DNA from: Lama glama
Taxonomy: Eukaryota
Reading direction: 5' to 3'
Assembly (NCBI GenBank): GCA_028534125.1
Contig: CM052817.1
Coordinates: 40,364,001-40,428,000 of the forward strand
Length of the DNA: 64,000 bases
Shown piece by piece: positions 1 to 13,547 of the stretch. The notes beneath the pieces were generated by a model. The model searched no databases and had not been told where the DNA came from. It was given only the letters and a program-made list of their open reading frames with translations. A program made the translations under genes and the position numbers. Positions within the stretch are counted from its first letter, which is position 1; each line of letters begins with the position of its first letter.

Positions 1-130
1 TGTGCAAGTCTCTGTACCTTCATCTGCAAAGGAGGTGGGAGGAGTAATAGTATTCACCTCAATGGTTATTGGGAGGATGAAATAATGAATAGTAAGTGCC
101 TGGCTTCTAGTGACACTCAGTGAATATCAT
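1..130. mobile_element. MIR SINE fragment
   Basis: catctgcaaa...aatagtattcacctcaatggttattgggaggatgaaa...gtgcctggc resembles the MIR core. Confidence 0.55.
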
Positions 131-539
131 TCTCCTCTTCTGTCTCATTCTTTCCTCTATTTTAGTGTCTATCATATAGAAAATACTCAATGATTGTTAA
201 ATTAATAGTTTTATAAAAGTTTTAAGGAGGCACCTCCTTAACCAGGCTCTTTCCTCACTCTCACAATCTTCCTGTTTCAGAACCACAGCCGGTTGGAGCT
301 GGGGGACCTTAGAGGCTGAGTGTAATCCCTCTTCTAACAACTGAAAAAACAAAGGGCCAAATGTCTGTGCTTAGTTTTGTTTGTTTGTTTTTTTCCCCAC
401 ACTGTCTCCAAAATATTTATGGGTGTTGAGGAGACTCTGTTGCAATGCGGTTCCTCCTGCCTCCTATACCTGCCACCAGCCATTTGGGCTGAGCTAGCGT
501 GTTGTCACTGCTTAGTCCTTATTCCACTGCTCTCCTGCC

Positions 540-1060
540 AGTCGCTGCTTTCTAGGTTTCCCAACCCACTGATTATTTTGCATTTTGGATGATTTCTCTC
601 CCAGCTGCCTTCATTTGCATTTTTCCTAAATTGCATCTCATTGTGATCATTTCTATTCATATTTATAACCTCTTTAGATCCATCTGTGTTATTTCTCTGT
701 CCTCAGTGATGTCTGCAGCACCTCCTAATTTGGCACCAACCAAAAATGTTATTAAATGGGTATGCCTTGTTCCCAGTCATTAATGAAAATGCTAAATAAA
801 GCTAGATCTATCAGACACACTGGGGCCTTCCATTAGCTGCCTCCCTCTTAAGCCACCCCCACCCCACCATAGATATTGAGCTGTTTTTCATCTCTAGTTC
901 TTGTTTATTAGAGTTTAGGCTTTTCAGTCGTCCTGTCCTAGTACCTACTAGCACGAACCAGAGCTCTTGTCACAGGAATGTTTCAGGGATGCTGTTTTGC
1001 ATGCTTTATTAACCGCCAAAGGTACAATAGCTACAGAAGTCATTGAATCAACCATTTAAA
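540..1060 (-). mobile_element. Ancient CR1/L3 LINE reverse-transcriptase fragment
   Basis: Minus strand 670-815 translates, across a frameshift, as LALFSIFINDW and GAKLGGAADITEDREITQMDLKRL. These are degenerate versions of CR1 RT motifs LFNIFINDL / FADDTKLGG...EDR..IQ.DL.RL. Boundaries approximate. Confidence 0.7.
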
Positions 1061-1092
1061 CTAACAGTAAAATTCAGTTTCATTTCACTATT

Positions 1093-1230
1093 TAAAAAAA
1101 AATTTTTTTTCAGGGGAGGGGGAGGTAATTAGGTTTATTTATTATTTTTTTAATGGAGGTACTGGGAATTGAATCCAGGACCTTGTGCATGCTAAGTATG
1201 CGCTCTACCACTGAGCTATTTCCCTCTCCC
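1093..1230 (-). mobile_element. Camelid tRNA-derived SINE (Vic-1-like)
   Basis: Reverse complement has the tRNA-like head (AGCTCAGTGGTAGAGCG...GGATTCAATTCCCAGTACCTCC), an AT-rich tail, and a flanking ttcactatt repeat. Confidence 0.85.
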
Positions 1231-1809
1231 TCATTCACTATTAATTAAAATGGTTTCATATGCCAGAGGAAATTTCTAGCCTTGCTTTTAAAAACTCTTC
1301 TAGAAGGCAGTCACATTTGATTATCTTTATTTTCTCCTAGTTATTCTTCTATAGCTTTTTGTGTAAATCTGCTAGCTAATTCTCTTTGAATTTAAAGGTG
1401 CGTAAACCATTCTGTGCTTCTGAGGAACACAAGCGATGTATATGAAATAGCCCGTGTCGTGAGGCGCCTATGACCTGATAGAGCGGGCTAGACTTATGTA
1501 TAATGAAGAGGGACCCTAACGAGACAGTGTGCAGTTAAATTGCTCGATGGTCATACTGTCTCTTAGGGCTGCAGAAATATGAAGATGGGTTAGGGTATTA
1601 GGATGAAGTCTACTGCAGAAGGGAAGTTTTGAGCAGAAAACTCACGAGGTGGAAAGGATTTGTCTAGGCAAGGAAGAAGTAGGGGAGGATAGGAAAACCC
1701 TTGAGCAAATGTAGAGAGAGAGGAATGACCATGACATCCTGTATGGGGTCCCTGAATAGCAGAAAATCGGTCTGACTGAAGAAAGAAACTGACTGGTGTG
1801 GCACGTGGC

Positions 1810-3300
1810 GAATCCAGCTGGCTGGATGACATCTCTCACTGGACGTCTCTTAAGCATCTCAAAATCAACGTGCCCCGAACTGAAGTTGTGAGTCTCCCTT
1901 CTGCCCCCAAACTACTTCTCCCCTAGCTTTCCCCACCAGAAATCTGGGTGTCAGCCATGGTTTCTCTATTTCCATAATCATCCCTCATCCAGTCTTTCAG
2001 CCAGCCTCTTCAAGTCCTACCCTCAGTCACATCTTGAATCTGCGTGCTGCTTATCTCGGCCACTCTCTAGTCCAAGCCATGCCCAACTGGTCTTCCTCCT
2101 CCAGCACTTGCCGCTTTTCCATACTGCAGCCAGACAGGACGGACTGAAAAGTAAACCACTCTCGAGCGAAAAACCACAGTCTTTCAGTGGCTCTGTGTTG
2201 CATTTGGAATGAAATCCAACCTTGTTCTCAAGGCCTAGAAGGCCTGGCATGATCAGGCTTTTGCACTCCCTGTGCTCTGTTTTCCACTCCACGTGGATGG
2301 ACTTCAATACAATTCTAACACTAACCACTTGAAGTAGCTTCCAGTTCACAAGGTAAAGCCTCAGTCCCCCACAGGACTGTCCCTGCTTCAGATGCCAGCC
2401 ACGAGCATACTACGAATTCGGGGGTTCCCACAATTCTCTCAGGTTCAATAATTCACTAGAACAACTCACAGAACTGAAGAAAGTGTTATACTTCCTATTA
2501 CAGTTTTATTATAAAGGGTACAAATCGGGACCAACCAAATGGAAGGGGCACAGGCAGAGGTCTGGGAGGATCCCTCACGGATAGCTTCCACGCCTCTCCC
2601 TGTGGAGTCAGAAAGCGTCCCCTTCCCTGCACATCATTGTGGTCATCAGCCAGGGAGCTCCTCTGAGCCTTGGTGTCCACAGCTTTTACTGGGGTCTTTA
2701 ACATAGACCCAACTGGTTAAATCACTGACCATGAGACTGAGCTCAGTCTCCAATCCCCTTCCCCTCCCAAAGTGCCAACCCTCCAACCACACGCTTGGTC
2801 TTTCTGGTGGACAGTTCCAAACCTGAAGCTATCTGGGGGTCCATCCTAGGTCAACTCATTAGCGTGATGAAGACAGTCCTGTCACTCAGGAAATTCCAAC
2901 AGTTTTTGAAGCTCTGTACTGGGAATCAGTGGGGGTTGTTACACCACAGTACCTCCCAGACCTCATCTTGCACCACTCTTGCCCTCCATGCACCAGGCAT
3001 GCTGGTCTTCTCTTAGTTCCTGGACTGTGCCAAGTCCTCCCCTCTACCCTTCTCCTGCTCTCTCTCACCCAACTCTTCCCAGCCTAAGGTTTCTGATGAG
3101 AAAGTCCTTGCCTATCTCAGTGCCCCCCTTGTAGCTCTCCATGCTCATTTGCTTCACAGCACGAATCCCAGTCTGAAATGGTTTTATTTATGTTTGCCTC
3201 CCCCATAAAGTATAAACTCCTCGAGGGCATTGCCTTGATTGTCTTGTTCCTTCTTTATCGCCTAGCACAGACCAACATTCAATAACTATTTGTCCAGTTA
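1810..3300 (+). mobile_element. L2 LINE 3' region, interrupted by an LTR
   Basis: L2-type text (gacatctctcactggacgtctcttaagcatctcaaaatcaacgtgcc...) ending in ...cattcaataactatttgt. Split at about 2275-2945. Confidence 0.7.
2275..2945. mobile_element. MER21-like solo LTR inserted in L2
   Basis: caattctaacactaaccac...ctcagtcccccacaggactgtccctgcttcagatgcca...ataattcactagaacaactcacagaact is characteristic of the MER21 family (recalled). Confidence 0.65.
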
Positions 3301-3639
3301 AAGAAAAATAAAGTGGGAAAGATGAGAATGACCAGGCCAGTTTTTGATTGCCAAGAAGAAGAAATGTTTAAACTTGATGAGAAAAGTAATGTAGAGGGGC
3401 TGTCAGATCAGAAGCAAGAGAATGATAGGTGTTTGGGGAGTGTGAACACGGGGAGTTTGCTCACAGTGTATCACATGTATTGTGGAGGGGCCGGGACAAG
3501 GGAGAGGCAGGCGGCTTTGGAAGGCTACTGCAGGAGTCCAGGTGAACTGGTGACAGCCTGAACAAGGGTGGTGGGTAGGAATGGAGTGCAAGGGGAGAAC
3601 CTGAGATTTTTAAAGAAAGATACCCTTGACATTTGTCTT

Positions 3640-5090
3640 TTTTAGCTTTAACTTTTTACTTGCAAATAATTTCAAGCTTCCCAAAGAGTTGCAAAAATAC
3701 CATGAAGAACTCCTGTACACCTTTCACTGTACACACCTGTACATCCTGTACACTCATTGTTAACATATTGCCTCATTTGCTTTCTTATTCTCTTTCTTTC
3801 TCCATATGGGTGTAGTAGATGCATTCTTCTTTGTTATTTTTTTCCTGAATCATCTGAAAGTAAGTTACAAACTTCATGCCTCTTCATCCCTAAATAGTTC
3901 AGTGTGTATTTCCTAATGGGAAAGACATTTCATGTGATCACAGCACATGTACCAGCATCAGGGAATTGAATCCTGATACAATACTATACCCAGGATCCTA
4001 GCCCAACAGCCAGTTCAAGGTCCTGCATTACAGTGAGTTGAAGTGTCTCTTTAATCTCCTTTCATTTGGAATAGTTCCTTGGTCTTTGATCTTATGACAT
4101 TGACACTTTTGAGATGCACAGACCAGTTATTTTGCAGAATGCTCCTCTTTTTGGGTTTGCTCATGCTTCCGCATAACTACATTCAGCCTGTGCTTGTCAG
4201 GCAGGAACGCTCCATTAACGATCATGTGTCCTGAGCATCAGACCGGAGGCTCATAGTATCACTTTGTCATATTATTAGTGGTATGAACTTTAATCACTTG
4301 GTTAAGGTGGTGTTTACCTGATCTCTTCACTGTAAGATTACTATTTTTCCTTTTGTAATTAATGACTAATTTGTGCTGAGATACTGTGGGCTTATGTAAT
4401 ATTTTTTTTCTGTTTTATTTTAAATTTTTATTTCTTAAACTTTTTTTTATTGAGTTATAGTCATTTTACAATGTTGTGTCAAATTCCAGTGTAGAGCACA
4501 ATTTTTCAGTTATACATGAACATACATATATTCATTGTCACATTTTTTTTCGCTGTGAGCTACTTATGTAATTTTTTTAATCAACCTTTTATCCAGTAGT
4601 TTTAGCATACCTTGGTGGGTCTTGCCTGTATCAGCTATTGCTATGGCACCTTCAAAAAAAATGGTGATTTTCTGACTTCATTATTTCTTCCACATTTGTT
4701 GGTTGGCATTTTACTTTTTATTTATTCATTTATTATGGGCTCATGGGTTCCTATTTTATTAAATGGATTTTAATCCATTCCTGTTATTATTCATCTTAAT
4801 GTCTCACATTATTCATCAAATTACCCCAGTTTGTTCAGTAGGAGATACTACAAACAGACTCGTATGTCCTTTTTGACATGTCCCCACCATTTTTTGAGCA
4901 ATTCCTGACTTTCTGGCATAACAAAATCTGCAAAGTTCCTCTTGTGTTTTTCCTGCCCTTGTCCTGGCACCAGCCATTTCACCGAAGAGTCCTGGTTTCT
5001 TTTAGTGGGAAATGGTGTTTAGAAACTGGGATCTGGGTGTGAGGTGTGTTCATTACTGCTGGGCTGCCATTATTTTCCAGGCCCTTTCCT
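3640..5090 (-). mobile_element. Old L1M (L1MC/ME-type) 3' region
   Basis: Typical L1M 3'UTR text (ttcagtgtgtatttcctaa..., gaccagttattttgcagaatg..., cagccatttcaccgaagagtcctggtttcttttagtgggaaatggtgtttagaaac). Confidence 0.7.
4401..4562 (-). mobile_element. Short younger L1 3' end nested in old L1M
   Basis: T-rich tail plus L1 3' terminus, with TSD cttatgtaat at 4391-4400 and 4563-4572. Confidence 0.75.
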
Positions 5091-5818
5091 CCCCGACATT
5101 TTGACTCATTGAGTGGAGATTGAAATTAGAAGACTAAATAATGATCACATCACAGACCAAAAAACTCTCCCAAACCCTAATTGGAAAGACTCACAAAAGG
5201 CAGACTCATCTACCAAGAGGACTACCCAAGCCACTTTTAAGATGTGTGTTAAAAATATGTTTTTAAATAGTATGTCTTATTCAAGTGCATTCTTGTTATA
5301 AGAGATTTAAATCCTGGAGTAATGAAAGAAAATATGAGACACTCCTTTCCTACTTTGCAATCTGTAAGTTTGGTCAGCACTTTTAAACCCCTAAAGTTGG
5401 CTTTTCAACATTTGCCCGGCTCCTGAGTCCTCCCCAGGCTGAGTGCCACGTGAGAGCTGGGCAGCAGGTGGGGACTTGTTCTCTCAGAGCTGCGATGTGC
5501 CAGGCGGGGAAGACTGCTGCCAGGCCCTTCTCGGGGACTTTCTGGGCTCTTCTTCTAGATTGTCAGTGTTGTCTGGAGGGAAGTCAGTACTGACCTAGTA
5601 TCAATGGTGGGGAAAGCACCGAACGTTCTTCACTGTTTGAATAGGACAGTGTTGGCATCTGAGCTGGAGGAGATTAAATTCAGACCCCAGAGACTGAGAT
5701 AGAGTCTATTTCCCATGAGCTTTAGGGCCCCTAAAGAGTGGAGGCCACAGTGTCTTCCCCTCTTTGACCCCCTTGATAGAATGACTGTTTTCCTGGACAG
5801 GATGCCATCACCCACAAG

Positions 5819-5868
5819 ACACACACACACACACAAACATACACATGCACACGCATGCGTGCGTGCGC
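5819..5868. repeat. (AC)n/(GC,GT) alternating purine-pyrimidine tract
   Basis: acacacacacacacacaaacatacacatgcacacgcatgcgtgcgtgcgc. Confidence 0.85.
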
Positions 5869-7472
5869 TTGTTCTACTCTAAAACTTGCCTATTCAAGCT
5901 GAAATGTTGGTCCTAGTTTCTTTCTCACTACTGACTGGAAACAAAGAGGTATTATGAATACAAGTGGAATTCCCTTTGGCTGTGTTTTGAGGCCACCTGG
6001 TAAATTTTCGCTTTTGGTACTTTAAGCAGCCACACAATTGAATTGGGGGCCAGAACAACACTGCTGCCGTCTGGTCAGCAGCAGGCATCTGTTTGCAGCT
6101 ATGCTAGGGGAAAGCCAGTCAATGGTCCTGGTCTCAGAGCTGTTGCCTGGGACTTGGACTTCCCCTTGCTACCCAGAGGAGATGATGTGAGCTTTAAAGG
6201 ACAGTTTCCTCTACTGCCAGTTAGAGGACTAGATTCGAGAATGTATTCTGAACATACAAGGAAGTTGGGGAAGAGTCATTCTGACGAAGTGAGTTGCTTC
6301 ATAATCTGCTTCAGTGGAGCTTTTGAGATTGATTACCTTTGCTCAAGTCCCAGAGATTCTCAAGGGCTGTGCTTATGGAGAAAAATCACCACATGATCAA
6401 TTTCAATTTCTACAGTCTGAGCAGGGGCCCCATTTAGGAATATTATCTGTGCTGAAGGGTGAAATCATAGAGCTACAAGACACAAGGTGAGGGTAAGCAA
6501 GGGCACTGTCACCTTGGCTGAGGCGTGATTGGTCGATTAGTGCTAGTAAGAACAAAGAAAGAAGGGAGATGTAAAGATATGTCACTGCCTGGATTACTGG
6601 ATGAATATTTCTGCTTTGTAGTTTTTCCTGACATGGAGCTGACGGCAGAAGCTGGGTTGTTTGATTCAGGAGTATGGAAACTTAAATAATTTGTTTCCCT
6701 TGTATCACAAAAGAAAAACTTAATTATTATAAAAATTTAGAAAATACAAATGAGAAGAACAAATTAAAAGTCACTCACTGTCCCACTTCCTAGAGAGAAC
6801 AACTGTAAACAGGTTGACTTACATGTTTTAAAATTTTTTCTATGCCTAACTACACATTTTTAAATTAAAAATGCTTTCATCTACTGTATCTATTATTTTG
6901 AAAACTATTTTTCACCTTACTTTCCACTTTATCTCTCCAAGTCAATACTACAATATCCTTCTTTTGTCAACTAGTCATTTTGACACAAAACCAACAGACG
7001 TTCTTGGTAAAAATTTCAGAATATAGGATAAAACCTAAAAGTATTTCTCCTCCTCTCCTACCTCCCAGTCTCCCTCCCCTGAGGTAACCCTAAGACATTT
7101 TTCTTAATATTTCTCTCCGGAAATTTTCTATGCACATGCACAGGCACACACACACATGAATGTTATTCAATTAATTAATATATCATAAGGTACTAAGTCA
7201 AATCCTGTTATGTGGAAATTCAGGGTTTTTCCAAGTTTTCCCTTCAGTGAGCACCCTTGTGATTAGATCTTTGCACACAGCCATGATTATTTCCTTAACA
7301 TAAACTCCAGAAAATGAATTGCACAATTTTAATGCTTTTGACATGGACAGCCCCTTTGCCATTCACCGGGTTTTTGCCAATTTCTCACTTTCATCCATAA
7401 GCAACACTGCATTTTTTAAAACCTTTAAAAGTGCAACACACACATGGAAAACTGTACAAGCCAGGGTTAGAC

Positions 7473-7783
7473 CTGCCCTGTCCAATATGGTAGCCACCAA
7501 CCACATGTGGCTACCGAGCACCTGAGATGTGGCTGGTCTGAACTGAGCTAGCTAGAAGTGTGAAATACACACCCAATTCGAAGCATTGGCACAGAAAAAA
7601 AATCACATAAAATATCTCATTAATAATCTTATGCTAGTCATATATTGAATGATATTTTGGATGTAGTATGTTAAGTAAAAATACATTATTGAAATTAATT
7701 TTGTTTGTTTACATTCACTTTTTGAATGTGGCTACTGGGAAAAGTTAAATCACATACGTGGCTTGTATTCTCCCAGACAGCAC
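7473..7783. mobile_element. MER33-like hAT-Charlie non-autonomous DNA transposon
   Basis: ctgtccaatatggtagccaccaaccacatgtggcta at the left end, ...atacgtggcttgtattctcccagacagcac at the right end, AT-rich interior. Confidence 0.75.
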
Positions 7784-9982
7784 CAAGTAGGGCTCGTGGT
7801 GCATATGACTCCATGGACCTGTACACTCCTGACTGGCTTTCTCATCCTGTCCTGCTCCCCACCTGCCTGAGCCTCGGTTCTAACCGGAGCTCTTAGGACT
7901 AATGTGGCTCCCTTCACCACAGTAATTCTTTGTCAGGGGTGATCAAGAAACACACGGTGAGTGTCCACTTTTGAAGGAAATGGGCTTGCATATTAAGATT
8001 GTGATCCACCAGGAACGACTGTTCAGTAAGAAATCTTAAGTTGCAAGTTGAATCATTTGTTCATTGATTCGTTAGAACGGGCACGTATTTAGGCTTCGGG
8101 AATTGCTGCTGAGTTCAATGTCATGCCCCTATTAAAATATGCACACAGAGCACAGACAGACGAAACAGTCTGTTCATGCTCGACAGTCAGTTCATTGATG
8201 GAAAGTCTCCATCTCTCTATGCTTCAGACTTTTTTTCTTTGCCTTGAAGCAAGGATGATGTAAATCACTCATGTTCCAGGCAAGAGGGGTCAGCATTGTC
8301 TAAACATTGAGAGGAAAAAGGATTGCCAGGAGATCGCTGGTGCTGTAGCAGCAACTCCAGGCTGTTTCCACTCACTCACCGCCTCTAGGAGTTTGCTCAG
8401 CCATCTCTCCCCGCCCATCAGCCCTCAGCTTTCCCTTCCACAATACTGACTGTACCCAGCACACCCTAGGTACGCATGCCTTTTCATCAAAATGAATGCT
8501 GTTCATAGGTTGGCTTCCACTCCTGGTCACTTCAGGGTAGAGGCAAAATGCAGATAAATAGGAAGAAAAAGGCTTTGGGGTGGGCGTATGAATCTCACTC
8601 CCTTTCTGCCCTATTGTTGGCTTACATCTTGTTCTTTAAGTCACTTTTCCACTGAACTCAGCTTTAGAGTTAAAAACAAATCAATAACAAAAGACTAAAA
8701 AAATACAGCTTAAAGTGTTTTGAGCTCGATTGTGTGCTCGATTATTCGAATGTGGCCAAGATCCTCGCTGCAGTCAAGTGGCTTCTGTCAGGAAGGTATC
8801 CAGGTAAGAGGATTAAAATAAAGAAATATCATCGTTCTTTCATTGTTGTTGTATCATGCTTAATTTTATGAGCATAATGTTTCTAGCCGTTTGGAACTCT
8901 CCACTTGAGTTTTTATAAAATTGCACTGCCATAAAGAATCAACATAATCTTTTTTTTTACTATTAATAAGTTTTTGTTTAATTCTTATAAACACAAAGTT
9001 GTACATGCTATCTCTACTCATACAATATTTTGATATTTGTCATCTTATTTTTATTTTTATTTTCAAAGTGAAAACACAATAAGCAAGCAAGAAAACTATT
9101 TTATAACTGATCAAAATCAACATAACCCTTTAACAAGAAAAATGAGAGTTCTCTGGAAAAGATGCCCCTCCCCTAAGTTTGGAGAATAAGGGAAATATCT
9201 TGTTGAAGCGAGTGTGAACTTAGAACGGAAGGAGCACCACCTTTGTCCCAGTATTGTGGTGACTTAACTAGATGAGCTTGAATAGGTGTCTTCTAAGTCT
9301 TAATTTTGCCATCTGTGAACTGGGGACAGAATTTTCCCCTTTTCTCCTTTGTTCGGATGGGTTTGCAATAAAAGCAATAAACTAATGCAAAAGGAATAAA
9401 TTATTCCTTGAGCTGCAGTGGTCTTGACATTTGCAATTCCTTGCTGACTCCAGATTCTGTGATTATAAATAAATGCTTTCACTGTTTGCAACCACTATGT
9501 TTAAACACACTGGTAAAAATCTAAAGACCTCTTTCTTATCACAGCAAGCCAGGCTATAATAGTTGCCTTACATAGACTGCTAAGCACCTTTTTTCCCTCT
9601 TTGTATTCAAAGCTAAGCATATACTTCTTAAGGTCTCTAATCTTCCCCACCCTTCTCATTGCCCAAGGGTTAAGCAAATTTAAAAATCTTTTTAATGGTG
9701 CTGTGGGATGAACAAGGTTGAGTAGCCTTCCACCTTCACTGGGTGAGCCAGAGAAATGAAAAACTCAGTGAACCCTTTTTTTAATCAAAGAACTGTTAGA
9801 ACTTTGAGAATAAAATAGTCCCCTCTCTTCTCATGAGTAGGATGGAGCCAGTATTGTGAAATGGCAGGTTCCTAATGAAAGCATAACTGAGTACTGAAGA
9901 GTATGGTATAAAACATTAGTACCTTTTTTTTTTCAAATGGGGGACTTATACACTATATACGTTTATTTTTATTTTCAGATTA

Positions 9983-10155
9983 TAGTTGACCCTTGAACAA
10001 CTCGGAGGTTAGCCCACCTGTAATTTGTCATCGGCCCTCCACATCCTCGGATTCAACCAACCTCAGGCCATGTAGTACCGTGGGATTTGCTATTGAAATA
10101 TCTGTATATAAGTGGACCTGAGCAGTTCAAACGTGTGTTGTCCAAGGGTCAACTG
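9983..10155. mobile_element. Tigger2-derived MITE (Tc1/mariner)
   Basis: TIRs tagttgacccttgaacaac / gttgtccaagggtcaactg with TA duplications at 9981-9982 and 10156-10157. Confidence 0.85.
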
Positions 10156-11164
10156 TAATTTTCCTATCAAAAGCTCTACTTCCCAACCAAATTTCCTGTC
10201 TCAGTTTGGAAAGCATTATCAAATAAACACAAAACTGAATATAAATTGAGAATCTATAGATCGCACTGACCCATGGCTTTAGCTAAGGTTTCATTAAGAA
10301 AATTAGCTGAAAAACTGTCCCTGAGAGCTCACCCAGGACCTCCAGTCCCTGACAGTGTCCCCGTCACCAGAGGGTCCACAGGCTGGTCTCCCGTGTGAGC
10401 CTGAGCCCCGCCCTGCTGTGGGTTTGGCAGAGTCTGCTGGACCTGATGCTTCTTCCTTGGGCACCAGCGTGTCTCTTGGGTTTCCAGTGGGGGCCGCTCG
10501 CCCCTCAGGCATTGCTGCTTCTTCACTTGGTGCATCCGGCCAAGTACACCAGGTTCCTCCAGGAGCCAGCCCTCTCCTCCTTTTCTCTGACACCCTGTTA
10601 CAGCAGTCCTCAAACAATGTTATTTGTGCCTTGGTATTTTGCAGTGATCTAGCAAAGTAGCTTTTTGGGTTTTTACTTACCAGCTTCCTGTGCTCTGTGT
10701 GTTGGACCTGAAGCCCATCAAAGAGGGGGAGGGAGGGCAGAGAGACCCAGGCTAAGAACGCATCTCCTTTCATCCTTGAGGTTCTCTCTCCTCTGGCCGC
10801 TAAGTCTTGATCCTGAGACTGGATCTCTCTTTCTTGACATGAATGATCTCCCAGGAGACTTAGTAGCCCCTCATCTCCCCCCTAGAACTTTCTTTCAGGT
10901 TTCCCCACTAGTTCACTCAAGCCTGAAACTCCTGCCAAGGGCACATCGCAAACACAAGCTAAGATCCCTACTTAGTGAGGATTTACTCTTGTTTGGGTGA
11001 AAAGCACCCAAACCCACCCCAGAGATTGAACTCAGGTTTAGAAGATTGTGGGTTGAGGGTGGGAACAAGAGGAAGTCAGTGGTGAGGGTGGGGGTGGCCA
11101 AAAAGCTTTTGAGAAGGTGCCAGGTTGCTTTACGTCTTCACGAGGGTCTGCATTCTCTCTGTAG

Positions 11165-11370
11165 AACGACATCTTCGAGTGGTCCAGGGACCACCGAGTC
11201 CACCACAAGTACTCGGAGACAGACGCCGACCCCCACAACGCCCGCCGGGGCTTCTTCTTCTCCCACGTCGGGTGGCTGTTCGTCCGCAAGCATCGGGATG
11301 TCATCGAGAAGGGGAGGAGGCTTGACGTCACTGACCTGCTGGCTGATCCCGTGGTCCGGTTCCAGAGAAA
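11165..11370 (+). CDS. SCD5: SCD5 internal coding exon (exon 3 by human numbering), 206 bp, phase 0 to phase 2
   Basis: Acceptor ttctctctgtag at 11164, donor AA|gtaagt at 11371. Translates NDIFEWSRDHRVHHKYSETDADPHNARRGFFFSHVGWLFVRKHRDVIEKGRRLDVTDLLADPVVRFQR(K): delta-9 desaturase His box II (HRVHH) with SCD5-type flanking residues. Confidence 0.97.
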
Positions 11371-12419
11371 GTAAGTGAACTGACACCACCGATCGTCCCT
11401 CTGGGACAGGACCCGGAGACAGAGAGCACAATGGGTGCAACAGTATCCCCAGGCAGGTCCCCTCATAGCGCTTACCCTGAGGACTGGGTCTTCTTGTTAG
11501 GATTTCTCTGTTTATTCATTCCCTTTGGCTCTTTGTTTTGAATTTAAACTTGATTTGGAAATGGATTTCCTTTAAGCCCACTTGTCGTTTCGTTTGGATC
11601 AATCTGCATGCCTGATCTCATGGAATGCTGCCGTGGACTTGCCCACTGGTGTTTCCCTGGGGTGGCGAGGAGGGCAGAGAGCACTTGCTTTATTTTTGTG
11701 ATACACTTGACTCCGAAGGGACTGGACTCTCTGTAGGTACCCTGATGTGTTCTCCTGAAATTCTCTTGTAGTAAAGTCTCCCCTCAACCTCCCCAGTCCT
11801 GGAAATGTGAACACCAGTAGGCTTCTGTGTAGAGAAAATGTGACCATGTAACAAAGAGCCTCAAAGTGCTTGTGTGCACTCATGAGCGTATTCAGGCTGT
11901 CAGCATTTGTAGGGTGAATCTATTTCAACCAGCACATGGTGAAAGATGGCTTGTAATTGTGCTGGCAACTAGAGTGACCAGAGTTCGCATTTTAACTAGG
12001 AAGCTGGCATGGACTGTATCCATGTTGGTCTGGATCTGCAAACTTGGCCACAATGAGAGCACTTGTAAATGGGTTGTTACCACAGAGCAATTTATGTGCA
12101 AAGAGAGACAATTTTTGGATTGCACTCTGGTTACAGCCTTGAGGTAATACGGTGAACAAGTGGTTACCGGATACCCTCTCCACTGACAGGCAGAGTCATT
12201 TAAGGATTTATCGAACAGAATCTCCTGAAAATGGAAATGGAGGCTGTGCCTCTGACAGAAAAGACCCTTGCGTGAGAGGAAGTATGGCTTAGAAATGGGC
12301 TTATTTTCCCCTCAGCCTCTCCTTTGACATTGGAGTGGGTATAACACATGGTGAGAGAATGGCGGATGGTGGAGACATACCCCCAGGCCCCCCCTCTGCT
12401 CCCTCCATGTACCAGCAAA

Positions 12420-12570
12420 AGAATTGACCACTGTAGGGCTCAGTTTCAGCCGTAAAATGGGAGTAACGGTAGTACCCATCTCTTATAGCTTTTATGAGAG
12501 CATGATGAAAAAAAAACGTGTGGGAAATGCCTGGCATATAGTAAGAGCTTAGATCAGGGATAACTATTAT
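12420..12570. mobile_element. MIR fragment
   Basis: ctcagtttc...gtaaaatgggagtaacggtagtacccatctcttatagct...gcctggcatatagtaagagct. Confidence 0.65.
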
Positions 12571-13547
12571 TAGAGAGACAGCTGCTGCTCCAGAGGATTC
12601 CATGTCTTTCCGCCCTCTGCTTTCTGCTGGCTTCACCATCGGGCCTTCTCTGTGCTCCTCAATATGGCTCTTTCAGGGGACGCAACCAGTATCAATAGCC
12701 AAAAGTTTTATAGCAGAAAATAAAAGACATTTTCAGTTAACAACTAAAGGATGTGTTGATTTGCTTTTTTTCCACCATGAGAGTGACACATTAAGGGTCA
12801 TTAAGGAGAATCTGCAAACTTCAGCAAAGTAGAAAGAAAAGCATCACAGCCCTAACACAGGAACACAGCTACTGTTCGGGTTCTGTAGTATCTCCGTCAT
12901 ATTTTGTGCGTATATTTGATATATTTTACATGACAGCAGTCATACTGTTTATGTAATTTCATGTCTCGCCTTTTAACTTCAGATTATCTAGCAGGTATCA
13001 TTATCAAGGGCTGCGTGAGTTCACTGTTTGGGTGTCATAGTTTATTTAACCATCGCTCTGCGACTGGGTATGTGTGTCATTTCCAGTTTTGTGATATAAA
13101 TGATGCTGCTCAACAATTAGTAATGCTTCGGGACAATCAGACCTTAGAGTAATTTGACGAGCTCAGATGAGAAGGCAGAGGATCTTCTATTTTATTCATG
13201 AGAACTGAGCTCCATGTGACAGTCCGGGTTTCTCTGATCATAAAAATAGAAGATTTTTTTCTCATCTTCTCCCTTGAAAAGATGTGGTAGTCTGATTCAT
13301 CATTAGGAGTATACTCCTGGTACATATGCCCAAAGCCTCTTTCTAAATGCAGGCTGAAGGACAAAGACTGTTTCAGCATGCTCCCTGAATAGTGATCTGT
13401 GAACGGCTTTCATCACCAGTCCAGTGACCAAAGGAGGTTGTAGCTATCAGAAACCACCCACTTGTGTCATCATTTCGTGTCATCATTTCATATATATCTT
13501 TGAGCTCTTGCTAGAAATGAGGATACAACCTCAAAGATTGTTCTCCC

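Noticed and set aside
10303..11466. Cluster of overlapping 85-156 aa ORFs on both strands around exon 3
   Set aside because: By-products of GC-rich sequence and of the shadow frames of the real exon. Low complexity and no recognisable domain.
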